From contig CAKOOJ010000003.1 in assembly GCA_934098385.1 (NCBI GenBank), positions 78,848 through 142,847 of the forward strand: 64,000 nt of DNA, in the 5' to 3' direction. Shown piece by piece: positions 37,927 through 47,081 of the stretch. A program made the position numbers and the translations under genes. The first letter of the stretch is position 1, and every line of letters begins with the position of its first letter. A model generated the notes under the pieces. The model ran no database searches, had not been told where the DNA came from, and saw only the letters and a program-made list of their open reading frames with translations. The stretch is from an uncultured Bacilli bacterium. GTDB lineage: Bacteria > Bacillota_I > Bacilli_A > RF39 > UBA660.

Positions 37927-38359
37927 ATTTTTTATATCTAAATTTAAAGTAGATTGAATCTTTTTTATCTTATTTTTCATAAAATAATGGTAGCCTATTA
38001 CTTTTTTACTATAAACAATAAATTTTTTAATTTTTAAAAAATTTATACCAGTATTCTTTAAAATTTATTATATAATAAAACTAAAATAAAAAATCGTTCA
38101 AATGTATTCTCTTTCCATTTTTTGATGAGATTTAGTTCTTTTAGATTTTTAGGTATTATCTTTTCTTTGAAGTCTTTAAGCTAGACAAAAAATAGTGTAT
38201 GCAAAAAGCCGATATAAATGTCAACTTTATATTTATAAATAATATAGAATAAATACTCTCATGGTATGGCACACAACTATGTTCTCGTGTGCTGTTGATA
38301 TTCTCATTTCTGCCTGTTTTAAATTATTCTATGTTTTCACAATAAAAAGCACTTTATTT

Positions 38360-38596
38360 TTAAATGCTACTTTTATTTTTATGATATTCTCTCATATCCT
38401 TATAAAGTTGCTCTATTTCTTCTTCCGTAGGAATATAATCTTTCTCTGCAGTCCATACTTTATTAATTAGTTTTGTTAATGGACTTTTAGAATCAACTTC
38501 CACTTCATCACTCCAAAATTGTATTTCTAAAGAATTTCCATTTTTTAATTTATTATCCATATAATTTTTTCTCCAAACTAATATATATTTTACCAT
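38360..38596 (-). CDS. Small hypothetical ORF (78 aa; alternative start M13 at 38560) abutting the trailer end of the CRISPR array
   Basis: The ORF's ATG is 2 nt from the degenerate terminal repeat. The sequence is acidic (EEEIEQLYKDMREYH) with no recognisable motif. It could be a gene remnant. Confidence 0.3.
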   Translation of the reverse strand: MVKYILVWRKNYMDNKLKNGNSLEIQFWSDEVEVDSKSPLTKLINKVWTAEKDYIPTEEEIEQLYKDMREYHKNKSSI

Positions 38597-38598
38597 AT

Positions 38599-39820
38599 AT
38601 TTTAATACTATTAAAATGATATAGAACTAAAACCTAGAAGAAGAATAGAAAATCATTTGCATAGTTTCAATACCATTTAAGATGACATAGAACTAAAACT
38701 TCCATATCTAATGAATCATCATTATATATGTTTCAATACCATTTAAGATGACAAACAACTAAAACAAACTTCTGCTGATTTATTCCAAACAACGAGTTTC
38801 AATACCATTTAAGATGACATAGAACTAAAACACTTATTCCAATTATCTTTTAGTTTTTGATGTTTCAATACCATTTAAGATGACATAGAACTAAAACTTG
38901 CGCTTTAGAATAGTAACCAATTTGTAAGTTTCAATACCATTTAAGATGACATAGAACTAAAACATTTTAGTAATCATATCATATAATTGTTCTGTTTCAA
39001 TACCATTTAAGATGACATAGAACTAAAACAGACTAAACACTAGTAGTAAAAATTTTTTTGTTTCAATACCATTTAAGATGACATAGAACTAAAACCATTT
39101 TCCAAATATATTTTATTAAATAAATGTTTCAATACCATTTAAGATGACATAGAACTAAAACCTGTTAAGGTGGATGATTTAACTGATTATAGTTTCAATA
39201 CCATTTAAGATGACATAGAACTAAAACTAATTACATAAGGTTTCATTAAATCTAACAGTTTCAATACCATTTAAGATGACATAGAACTAAAACATTAGTC
39301 CCTAGTAAGTGTTTTTTGTTTTGTTTCAATACCATTTAAGATGACATAGAACTAAAACTCTTCTTCTATCTTCTTTCTTAATTTATCTGTTTCAATACCA
39401 TTTAAGATGACATAGAACTAAAACAGGAACGATAACAGGTTTGTCAAATATGAAGTTTCAATACCATTTAAGATGACATAGAACTAAAACTGATAATTAA
39501 TTCGATTACCCTCTGTTAATGTTTCAATACCATTTAAGATGACATAGAACTAAAACATATCTCCTAAGCCTTCATCATCATTAATTGTTTCAATACCATT
39601 TAAGATGACATAGAACTAAAACTACTGCAAAATCTAAATGGACAACATTTATGTTTCAATACCATTTAAGATGACATAGAACTAAAACTTACATTTATAC
39701 AAATAATTAATATTTGTAGTTTCAATACCATTTAAGATGACATAGAACTAAAACAGAAAAAGTTATAATACTTAAAAATTTTGCGTTTCAATACCATTTA
39801 AGATGACATAGAACTAAAAC
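38599..39820 (-). CRISPR. Type II-A CRISPR array: 19 repeats and 18 spacers, transcribed on the minus strand
   Basis: - **Repeat:** a 36-nt repeat, GTTTTAGTTCTATGTCATCTTAAATGGTATTGAAAC when read on the minus strand.
- **Repeat starts (plus strand):** 38664, 38730, 38796, 38862, 38928, 38994, 39060, 39126, 39192, 39258, 39323, 39389, 39455, 39521, 39587, 39653, 39719 and 39785.
- **Spacers:** seventeen of 30 nt and one of 29 nt (39294..39322).
- **Variant repeats:** the repeat at 38730 carries 2 substitutions. A degenerate 35-nt terminal repeat lies at 38599..38633.
- **Orientation:** set by the GTTTTAG...AAAC polarity, by the degenerate repeat at the far end, and by the cas operon and leader at the near end. 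Confidence 0.97.
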
Positions 39821-39900
39821 CTCAAATAAATTTTAATTCTATTATACCTTAATAGAGATTGGTATTTCTTAAATGATATATTTCTATTCATTTTTGATTA
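39821..39900 (-). promoter_or_regulatory. CRISPR leader
   Basis: An 80-nt AT-rich segment lies between the csn2 stop and the first repeat. On the minus strand a TATAAT (39846..39841) sits about 20 nt upstream of repeat 1. Confidence 0.6.
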
Positions 39901-40578
39901 TTATATCATATAATCTTCTAAATTTTCATCAATTATTATTAATTTTTCATATTCTTTAATACAATTATATTTAATAGAATCTATTAAAATAAAATTAACT
40001 GAATTGTATGTTGCATACTTGTATAACTCTTTTAATTCTTCTTTAGAAAGATATTGTTTTAAATTTATAAAACATAATATTTTATTAGAATTGAGTATTG
40101 TTTCTAAGTCAATTAATAATAATAAATTATCCAGCAATTCTTCTTTATTATTAATTGAATATTTTAACAATTTTATTACATTTGTTATACCTTCTTCTAC
40201 ATTTACAGAAATTGGTAAATCTAGTTTTAATAATTCTTTATTTAGTAATTCACATATTTTTCTATAAGTTTTTAATATTTTTTCACTCTCATATTGTTCT
40301 AAATTAGATATGATATATTTAATTATATCATTATTGTATTTTTTTGAATTAAAATTGAAATCAAAATAATTTGTAAAAAATCTTATTTTATTAGTAATTA
40401 ATATTTCTTCATTATTTTTATCATATGCTTTTAAGTCGTCAATGTTAATATCATTGCTAAGCATATAAAACAGTTTTGAAATTCTGTATAAATATTTTTT
40501 ATTATGCACTTCTAATGAATAAATATTAGATACACTAAAATCTAATTCACTATCTAAAAAACTAATTTTTATTTTCAT
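39901..40578 (-). CDS. csn2: Csn2 (type II-A adaptation protein)
   Basis: It is 225 aa and sits last in the cas operon, directly before the leader. Its size matches canonical short Csn2. It overlaps cas2 by 4 nt. Confidence 0.8.
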   Translation of the reverse strand: MKIKISFLDSELDFSVSNIYSLEVHNKKYLYRISKLFYMLSNDINIDDLKAYDKNNEEILITNKIRFFTNYFDFNFNSKKYNNDIIKYIISNLEQYESEKILKTYRKICELLNKELLKLDLPISVNVEEGITNVIKLLKYSINNKEELLDNLLLLIDLETILNSNKILCFINLKQYLSKEELKELYKYATYNSVNFILIDSIKYNCIKEYEKLIIIDENLEDYMI

Positions 40579-40904
40579 AATACAATTAATTTATCCTCAC
40601 TACTTATTATTTTACTATTGTTATTTCCAATAATATATTCTATTTGTGAATATTGTTTTTCTGTTATATTCATTACTTGAATTATACCTTTTTTAGGCGA
40701 TTTTTTTCTTATTCTTTCTATTAAAGAACTTGATTGAGTAGAATTTAAAACTATTTTAGAATATACCGATTCTTGCATCATAATGAATCCTTCATTAATT
40801 AAAAATTTTCTAAACATTAAATAATTTCTTTTATCCTTAGAATACACATTTGGTAAATCAAAAAATACTATTGTTCTCATAATTCTATTCCTCATAAAAT
40901 ACAA
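40575..40904 (-). CDS. cas2: Cas2
   Basis: MRTIVFFDLP..YLMFRKFLINEGFIMMQESVYSKIV..KGIIQVMNITEKQY parallels type II-A Cas2 (ILMFDMP..FRKFL..GF.M.Q.SVYSK). Confidence 0.9.
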   Translation of the reverse strand: MYFMRNRIMRTIVFFDLPNVYSKDKRNYLMFRKFLINEGFIMMQESVYSKIVLNSTQSSSLIERIRKKSPKKGIIQVMNITEKQYSQIEYIIGNNNSKIISSEDKLIVL

Positions 40905-41757
40905 ACCCTTTATAATTATCTATACTGTTAACAGAATCTAATGTATTTTTTACATATAATTTTATAATATCTTTTAGAGTATAATTTTTTGATTGATATA
41001 AAAATACTTTATTTAATAAATTAATTAAATCTAATTTGTATTCTGTATTAAATTTTTTATTTTTATTATAATAAACAAAATTATCTATGATAATTCTAAA
41101 TGGTTCCATTAGATCACACGATAAATTAAATTCATTAAATTCATTTTTATGATGTATACCAAGTTGAGTTAAATATCCATTATTTATAACTTCTTTATTT
41201 ATTGTAGATAATAAAATTGCATAACCGTAGTTTAAAGCAGCATTTATTTCATCATTAGAATTACGAATAAATGTGTTTCCAAATAACGCATTAAAATATA
41301 CTTTTGCAGCATGACCTTCTCTATTGGTTTTATCACCTGTAGTGACTTCTTTAATATAACTAAATATTAATTCATATTTTTTTGACTTTATTTTTTTTAG
41401 AAGCATAGATTGATTGATAATTTTATTTTTTACAATTTCTTTCCATAATCTATCTTTTTCTACTTGCTTCCACTTCATCTGTATTTTAATTATTTTGCTG
41501 TTATTATGTCTACCGTAGAATGGAATTAACTCACCAAATGGATTATGCTTCTCATCACAAAATATAATATTAATTTTATTAGCTGATAGTTCTTTTAATA
41601 AATATGCAGAAATAGATACTGATATTGAATCAACAATTATAGTATCTATTTCTGATAAGTGAATATATTTTTCATCTTCTTCTTGTTTTACAACTAAAAA
41701 TCTATTTTTATAATTTATTCTTGAATTTTTTGTTATTACTACTGTTCTAAAACTCAT
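40885..41757 (-). CDS. cas1: Cas1
   Basis: It is 290 aa. NALNYGYAILLS and GIHHKNEFNEFNLSCDLMEPFR are Cas1 catalytic-region motifs. It overlaps cas9 by 11 nt. Confidence 0.95.
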   Translation of the reverse strand: MSFRTVVITKNSRINYKNRFLVVKQEEDEKYIHLSEIDTIIVDSISVSISAYLLKELSANKINIIFCDEKHNPFGELIPFYGRHNNSKIIKIQMKWKQVEKDRLWKEIVKNKIINQSMLLKKIKSKKYELIFSYIKEVTTGDKTNREGHAAKVYFNALFGNTFIRNSNDEINAALNYGYAILLSTINKEVINNGYLTQLGIHHKNEFNEFNLSCDLMEPFRIIIDNFVYYNKNKKFNTEYKLDLINLLNKVFLYQSKNYTLKDIIKLYVKNTLDSVNSIDNYKGFVFYEE

Positions 41758-44700
41758 ATTGTTTCTCTCTTATTCCTGTTGTTGATTTGGAAATTATTAC
41801 TGCATGTTCTATCATTCTACAATTTTTCTTACCAAATGCTGATGAATATTTTTCATTTAAAAATTTAAAATTAGCATTATCACTTTTACAATTTAATAAA
41901 TTTAATATTTGTTTGATTATATTTTCTTTTTCTTCAATTGATAAACTAGCATATGCTTCATATTTTACAATATTTTTTAAATCATTTACTAGATTTTTAA
42001 ATAATACATATTCTTTTTCTATTTTGTTTACAAGGTAAGTTATTATATTTTCTAATTTTAACTCATAATCTTCAACATCTTTTATATATTTTTTATCCAA
42101 TAATTTTTTTAAAGCATATTTATTTTCTATCATAAAACTTTTATCAATTTTTAATTCCAATGCATTACATACTTCAACTCTATCTGATGCTCCTACCAAG
42201 TAACATATTTGATTATTCCAATTTAATAATGTAAAAAATGGTATTTTTTTGGAGTTAATAATTATATCATCTTTATTTTTTAGTTTAAATAAATTTTTAT
42301 AATAATCTTTTACTATACTTTCATTTTTATTTACTAAATATATTGGGAAGCCAACTAATCTTTCTATTATTTTTTCATTTTTAATGATTTTTGCATGAAC
42401 TGCATATGATGGATTAATATTTGTATATGAACCATAGATATTTGTTGGCATATTATTTTTTAGAGGAACTCCTTTTTTTCCTTTTTTATTTTTTGTTTCA
42501 TCAAATAATTTGCCAGTTCTATATTCTACTTTTTTACTGATAATTATATCATTTCTATATAATGTATTTTCAACTTTTTTATTAAAATCACATATATCAA
42601 ATAATATTTCCCCAGTTTCTTTATTAATCATACTTTCTGATAATTTGTATACAATATTACTTAAATTCTCATCCAAACTATTAATTACAAAGCCATATTT
42701 TAATTTGCTTTTTTTGCCTTCGTCTAATTCGATTATATTTCTATTTAGTTCTTTTACTATTTCAAAATTTATATTTTTTCTTAAATATTTTTCTTTATAT
42801 TCTCCTAGTACTGCTGCTAAATAAGCATCGTGAGCATGATGATAGTCATTTATTTCTCTAAATTTAAATAAATCGTATTTTTCTCTATACATGTGAGATA
42901 ATTCTGCTTTTAAATATATAACTTTTGTATTCTTATGATAGCTATTCAAAATATTTGCAACGTGTTTTGTTATTTGTCTTGTTTCTACCAATTGTCTATT
43001 TATGAAACCTTGTATATCTTCTTCATTGTATTCATTTCTTACTAAATTATGAAATTTTTTAGCAGATATTAACTTATTCTTTTTTAATTTTTTCCACCAT
43101 TCTATCTGTTTATTATTTCTAAATTGTTTTGGCAAGATAAAGTTTGCCTTTTTATCTTGATTACATTCTCTTAAAACTAGTGCTTTATTATCTATGGAAT
43201 CATCTTTAATTAATGATCTTGGTATTATGTGATCTATTTCGTATAAAGATTGATTTTCTATATCTTCTAAATTAAGTGGAATTCCAGAATATAAACATTT
43301 TCCTTCTTGTATAAAGTATAAAAATAAGCGTTGACTAGTTATTTCATGTCCATCTAGTTCATGTTTTAATCGATTATAATCTTCGATTTGATTTTTACAT
43401 TCTTCATATAATTTTTTTAGATAATCTTTTCTAGTATCTTTTCTTTCTTTTTTATCTTCGTTTCTAGCCATTTCTATCATAATATTCTTGGGTTCGTAGC
43501 CAATATAATCAACTATTTCTTCAACTATTTTTAAAGATTGATAAATGCCTCTTTTTGTTGCTGGAGAAGTCGATAATTCTTTTACAACGTTATAGTCTAA
43601 TTTGTTTTTTTCCTGGTAGTTATTTAATTCTTTAATCATGTTTTGAAACTTATATTCATCATCATTAATAATTTGCATAAAGTTTTTATCTGTCTCAAAC
43701 ATTAAATCACTAATAGATTTCGTAGTTTCAGTTTGTTTGTCTTTATAATATTTTGTTGTTAGTAATTTTTTTGATAGTCTTCCCCATCCGGAATATTTTC
43801 TTGTTAAAATTTTCTTTATTTGATTTTCACTTAAATCTATATATTTGTTTCTAACTTTTTTTTCTAATATTTCTTTATCTTCAAATATTGTTATCCATTC
43901 TATTATTTCTTCTGCATTATCCTCATTATAATTGGTATTTATAAATATGCCGTTTTCTCCAAAAAAATCTATATATGACTGCATATTATTTGCAAATTTA
44001 TTATCAGAAGAATAACCTATAATTTTTAAATCATCATACATTTCATATAAGCCTGATGAAATTAAATATTTTTTAAATTTTGTTTCTGTTAATGTACCAT
44101 TAGTATTCATAAAGAATTCATCAATTATTTTATGTTGAATATTATTTAATATTTTCTCTCCGTTTATTTTAATTTGTTTTAATTCATTCATTACTTTAAA
44201 TTTTGAATATAGTATAGAATTATTTGTTAAAGCATTTTCATCAATTAAATATGTACAATGTGATATCATTCTTTTAATAAATTTTTCTGCAGTTTTTTCT
44301 TTGTTAATAACTTCATCAAAATTATATGGTGTTATTTTTACATTATTAACTTTTCTTTCCATCCAAGCATTACTACTTTTCTTTTCATTTACTAAAGGAC
44401 CTACATAATACGGAATTTTAAATTCTAATAATTTAACAATCTTATATGTTCCATCATCTAATTTATTTAATAAAAATGGATAAAATTTTCCTTGATTTTC
44501 TAATATTTTTATTAATTCATATTTATTTAATTGATATGGATATTTTCCATTATCTGTAGTTGTTATTCTAGGTAAAAAAGTACCATTCTCTAATCTGTTG
44601 ATAACTTCTAATTGATATTTATTTATCAACTTATCTTCTAATTTAATTGTCTTATTATCGAATAATTTTTCTAATAATTTCTGTAGTTCTTTTTTAAATT

Positions 44701-45802
44701 CTTCATAATCTATTTTATTCGATGTATATTTTTCATATAAGCACATGTCTTTTTTTGTTCTAAATAGTTTGTCATATAATTTTCTATCATTATTAAATAA
44801 TTCTTTTAAAAATCTTAAATCTTTTTTATGTATTTCATAATAATCACACATTAATTCTGAAATATTTACATTTTCTTTACCTTTAAATAATTTTTTTATA
44901 AATATACAATCAAATAATTCTTTTAGTGTGTCCAAAATTTCAATGTTATCACCTAATATTTCTACACATTTGTCATATTTATCTTCATATTCAGTACCAC
45001 TAAAACCAATTTCTAGTTTTTCGGTATTATCTATTGACAACAATTTTGTTATATTAGCTTTATTACCTACCATTAATTTTCCAAATTCAGTTGCAAAATT
45101 TTTGTTAATAATATCTTCTAAGCTTTCTTTTAACAAAACTTTAACATCATTTTTAGATGGGTTTAATAATATCTTTTCAATGCTAAATAAATTAATTATG
45201 TCATTGTAATTTTCAGGTACGTTTAAATTAGGAAAATTGTTAACTATATATTCAAATAAATCTGTTAATTTGTCCATAATATTCAAATTTTCTATATTAA
45301 AATTAGAATTTTGATACAAAAAGTTTCCCCTGTATTTAATAATGTGATGTATAGCTAAATATACTAATCTTATATCTTCTTTACTTTTATCATTTATAAG
45401 TTTATTTCTTAAATGATAAATTGTTTTATAATTGTTTTGATAGGCTTTAATTTCTTTTAGTTCTAAATTTTCTAATAATAATGTTTTATTAATTTTGTCA
45501 TTTTTATGATATTTTGATTCTTGTAATTTTACAAAGAAATTTTTATCAATTTTTTCTATTTCATATTTGAATTCTTCTTGTAATAATTTTAATCTCTGTT
45601 TTCTTCTATCATATCTTCTTCTAGTACTTCTTTTAAGTCTTCTGTCAGCAGCAGTTTTTGCTTCTTCAAATAATCTTACGCCCCATAAAGCTTTATTTCC
45701 TTTTCTCATTATTTTTTGATTATCTGTTTCAACTACAGACCATCCAACAGATGTTGTACCAATATCTAATCCAATGTTGTATTCCTTTTTTTCATTTTTC
45801 AT
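41747..45802 (-). CDS. cas9: Cas9 (type II-A, 1351 aa), all nuclease motifs intact
   Basis: The four nuclease motifs are RuvC-I YNIGLDIGTTSVGWSVV, RuvC-II IMIEMARNED, HNH YEIDHIIPRS..DNKALVLRECNQDK and RuvC-III INDYHHAHDAYL. An AGGAGG RBS lies at 45816..45811. Confidence 0.97.
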   Translation of the reverse strand: MKNEKKEYNIGLDIGTTSVGWSVVETDNQKIMRKGNKALWGVRLFEEAKTAADRRLKRSTRRRYDRRKQRLKLLQEEFKYEIEKIDKNFFVKLQESKYHKNDKINKTLLLENLELKEIKAYQNNYKTIYHLRNKLINDKSKEDIRLVYLAIHHIIKYRGNFLYQNSNFNIENLNIMDKLTDLFEYIVNNFPNLNVPENYNDIINLFSIEKILLNPSKNDVKVLLKESLEDIINKNFATEFGKLMVGNKANITKLLSIDNTEKLEIGFSGTEYEDKYDKCVEILGDNIEILDTLKELFDCIFIKKLFKGKENVNISELMCDYYEIHKKDLRFLKELFNNDRKLYDKLFRTKKDMCLYEKYTSNKIDYEEFKKELQKLLEKLFDNKTIKLEDKLINKYQLEVINRLENGTFLPRITTTDNGKYPYQLNKYELIKILENQGKFYPFLLNKLDDGTYKIVKLLEFKIPYYVGPLVNEKKSSNAWMERKVNNVKITPYNFDEVINKEKTAEKFIKRMISHCTYLIDENALTNNSILYSKFKVMNELKQIKINGEKILNNIQHKIIDEFFMNTNGTLTETKFKKYLISSGLYEMYDDLKIIGYSSDNKFANNMQSYIDFFGENGIFINTNYNEDNAEEIIEWITIFEDKEILEKKVRNKYIDLSENQIKKILTRKYSGWGRLSKKLLTTKYYKDKQTETTKSISDLMFETDKNFMQIINDDEYKFQNMIKELNNYQEKNKLDYNVVKELSTSPATKRGIYQSLKIVEEIVDYIGYEPKNIMIEMARNEDKKERKDTRKDYLKKLYEECKNQIEDYNRLKHELDGHEITSQRLFLYFIQEGKCLYSGIPLNLEDIENQSLYEIDHIIPRSLIKDDSIDNKALVLRECNQDKKANFILPKQFRNNKQIEWWKKLKKNKLISAKKFHNLVRNEYNEEDIQGFINRQLVETRQITKHVANILNSYHKNTKVIYLKAELSHMYREKYDLFKFREINDYHHAHDAYLAAVLGEYKEKYLRKNINFEIVKELNRNIIELDEGKKSKLKYGFVINSLDENLSNIVYKLSESMINKETGEILFDICDFNKKVENTLYRNDIIISKKVEYRTGKLFDETKNKKGKKGVPLKNNMPTNIYGSYTNINPSYAVHAKIIKNEKIIERLVGFPIYLVNKNESIVKDYYKNLFKLKNKDDIIINSKKIPFFTLLNWNNQICYLVGASDRVEVCNALELKIDKSFMIENKYALKKLLDKKYIKDVEDYELKLENIITYLVNKIEKEYVLFKNLVNDLKNIVKYEAYASLSIEEKENIIKQILNLLNCKSDNANFKFLNEKYSSAFGKKNCRMIEHAVIISKSTTGIREKQYEF

Positions 45803-45832
45803 TTGACATACCTCCTAATAATGTGATACTAT
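45803..45832 (+). promoter_or_regulatory. Putative tracrRNA promoter
   Basis: TTGACA (45803..45808, abutting the cas9 start codon), an 18-nt spacer, and TGaTACTAT (TACTAT 45827..45832). AT-rich context, so only moderate confidence. Confidence 0.45.
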
Positions 45833-45839
45833 TATATTG

Positions 45840-45931
45840 TCTTAATACCATTTAAGATGACATAGAGAGTTAAAATAAAGGTTTTACCCTAAATGCTTAC
45901 TCTTGTAAGATACTGCTTAGGCAGTTTTTTT
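45840..45931 (+). ncRNA. tracrRNA
   Basis: - **Anti-repeat:** AATACCATTTAAGATGACATAGA (45844..45866) is identical to the plus-strand repeat. It is therefore fully complementary to the minus-strand crRNA repeat.
- **Nexus-like segment:** GAGTTAAAATAAAGG follows (compare S. pyogenes AAGTTAAAATAAGG).
- **Hairpins:** GGTTTTACC, CTTAC-TCTT-GTAAG and the terminator CTGC-TTAG-GCAG plus T7 (45914..45931).
- **Position:** it is divergent from cas9, as in canonical II-A loci. Confidence 0.85.
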
Positions 45932-45973
45932 ATATCTTTTATATAACGACACATTATAGTATCAAGTAGTTTC

Positions 45974-46002
45974 ATTATATAATATATTTTTCATACTTTC
46001 AA
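45974..46002 (-). promoter_or_regulatory. Putative cas9 operon promoter (would drive transcription antisense through the tracrRNA gene)
   Basis: The minus strand has TTGAAA (46002..45997), a 17-nt spacer and TATAAT (45979..45974). Such hexamers are frequent in AT-rich DNA, so confidence is moderate to low. Confidence 0.4.
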
Positions 46003-46011
46003 TTATTTTTT

Positions 46012-46043
46012 AATAAAAAAAGTGTTCACAAATTATAAACACT
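46012..46043 (-). terminator. Rho-independent terminator after the SWIM gene
   Basis: The minus strand reads AGTGTT-TATAATTTGTG-AACACT followed by TTTTTTT. Confidence 0.6.
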
Positions 46044-46048
46044 ATATT

Positions 46049-47023
46049 TTAATCAATATCATCATAGTAGTAATCATTTTCGTTCAATTCTCTATCACAC
46101 TTTGATGCAAAATTCCAAGGATTATATCTTCCTTCTCTAACTAAATTTTTTTCAAAATCTTCTAATTCTAATGCTTTCATTTCTTTTTCTAAATTCTCTT
46201 GTGTTTGTTCATCTAAACTATCATAATATGCATATCCAGTCTTTTTCTTTTCTTTTGTAGTATTTATAATTTCGTTATTCTCATAAGCTTGATCAGGTTC
46301 ATCATTAATATATTTATTTTTTATACTTTCATATTTATTTCTTAATTCATTCTTTTTTTCATGATAATTGTCCATTTCATTATAACATGCTTGTTCAATG
46401 ACTTTTATTAAATTAGTTTTATAAAATAAAAATTTTCTTTTCATATTATCAATTAATGTTATAGTTGTTTCTATACCATAAGTATTATTTAATTTATCAA
46501 TATTAGAATTATAATATGCTATATCTTTATTTAACAATTCTATGTTACATTCAATATTAAAGTCTTTTAAATATTTCATGTATTTATTATATAATTCTTC
46601 TATATTATTTTTAAATTCAGTTAATGTTTTATTATTGTATTTTAATTCTTCTATTAATATACTTTTATTATCTGATCCTTTATCTTTATAGATAACAGCA
46701 TATATGTGTTTGCAGTAATTATCATCTTTATAATACGGACAAGTGCAAGTAGCAGTTAATTTATTGTTATTTTCATATTCTACTATTACTTTATATTTTG
46801 AAGTGCCTTGTACATTAGCTTCTATTTTATTATCATTATATACTAAGTCCGATACTTTATTTTTAAAATAATATTCTCTTCCTTTATAACGTATTTGTGA
46901 TTTAAATATATTATCATATGTTGTTTCATTAAAATAATTATCTCTTAATTCAATATAATTTAATTTTTTTATTAATCTATCATACTTATTAATTATTCTA
47001 GCTAATCTAATTGCATAAAACAT
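46049..47023 (-). CDS. SWIM zinc-finger protein with coiled-coil/acidic C-terminal half
   Basis: Likely start is MFYAIRLA. CTCPYYKDDNYCKHIYAV is the SWIM CxCxnCxH motif. Confidence 0.7.
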   Translation of the reverse strand: MFYAIRLARIINKYDRLIKKLNYIELRDNYFNETTYDNIFKSQIRYKGREYYFKNKVSDLVYNDNKIEANVQGTSKYKVIVEYENNNKLTATCTCPYYKDDNYCKHIYAVIYKDKGSDNKSILIEELKYNNKTLTEFKNNIEELYNKYMKYLKDFNIECNIELLNKDIAYYNSNIDKLNNTYGIETTITLIDNMKRKFLFYKTNLIKVIEQACYNEMDNYHEKKNELRNKYESIKNKYINDEPDQAYENNEIINTTKEKKKTGYAYYDSLDEQTQENLEKEMKALELEDFEKNLVREGRYNPWNFASKCDRELNENDYYYDDID

Positions 47024-47081
47024 ACTTTCACCTTCTAAAAACATTATATCATTAAATTAAAAAAGATACATTAACTGTACC

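Noticed and set aside
38125-38160. 'gatttagttcttttagattt' (its complement contains AGAACTAAA) as a relic CRISPR repeat extending the array
   Set aside because: Only 9 nt match the repeat. There is no 66-nt periodicity and no flanking repeat-like sequence, so it is probably chance in AT-rich DNA.
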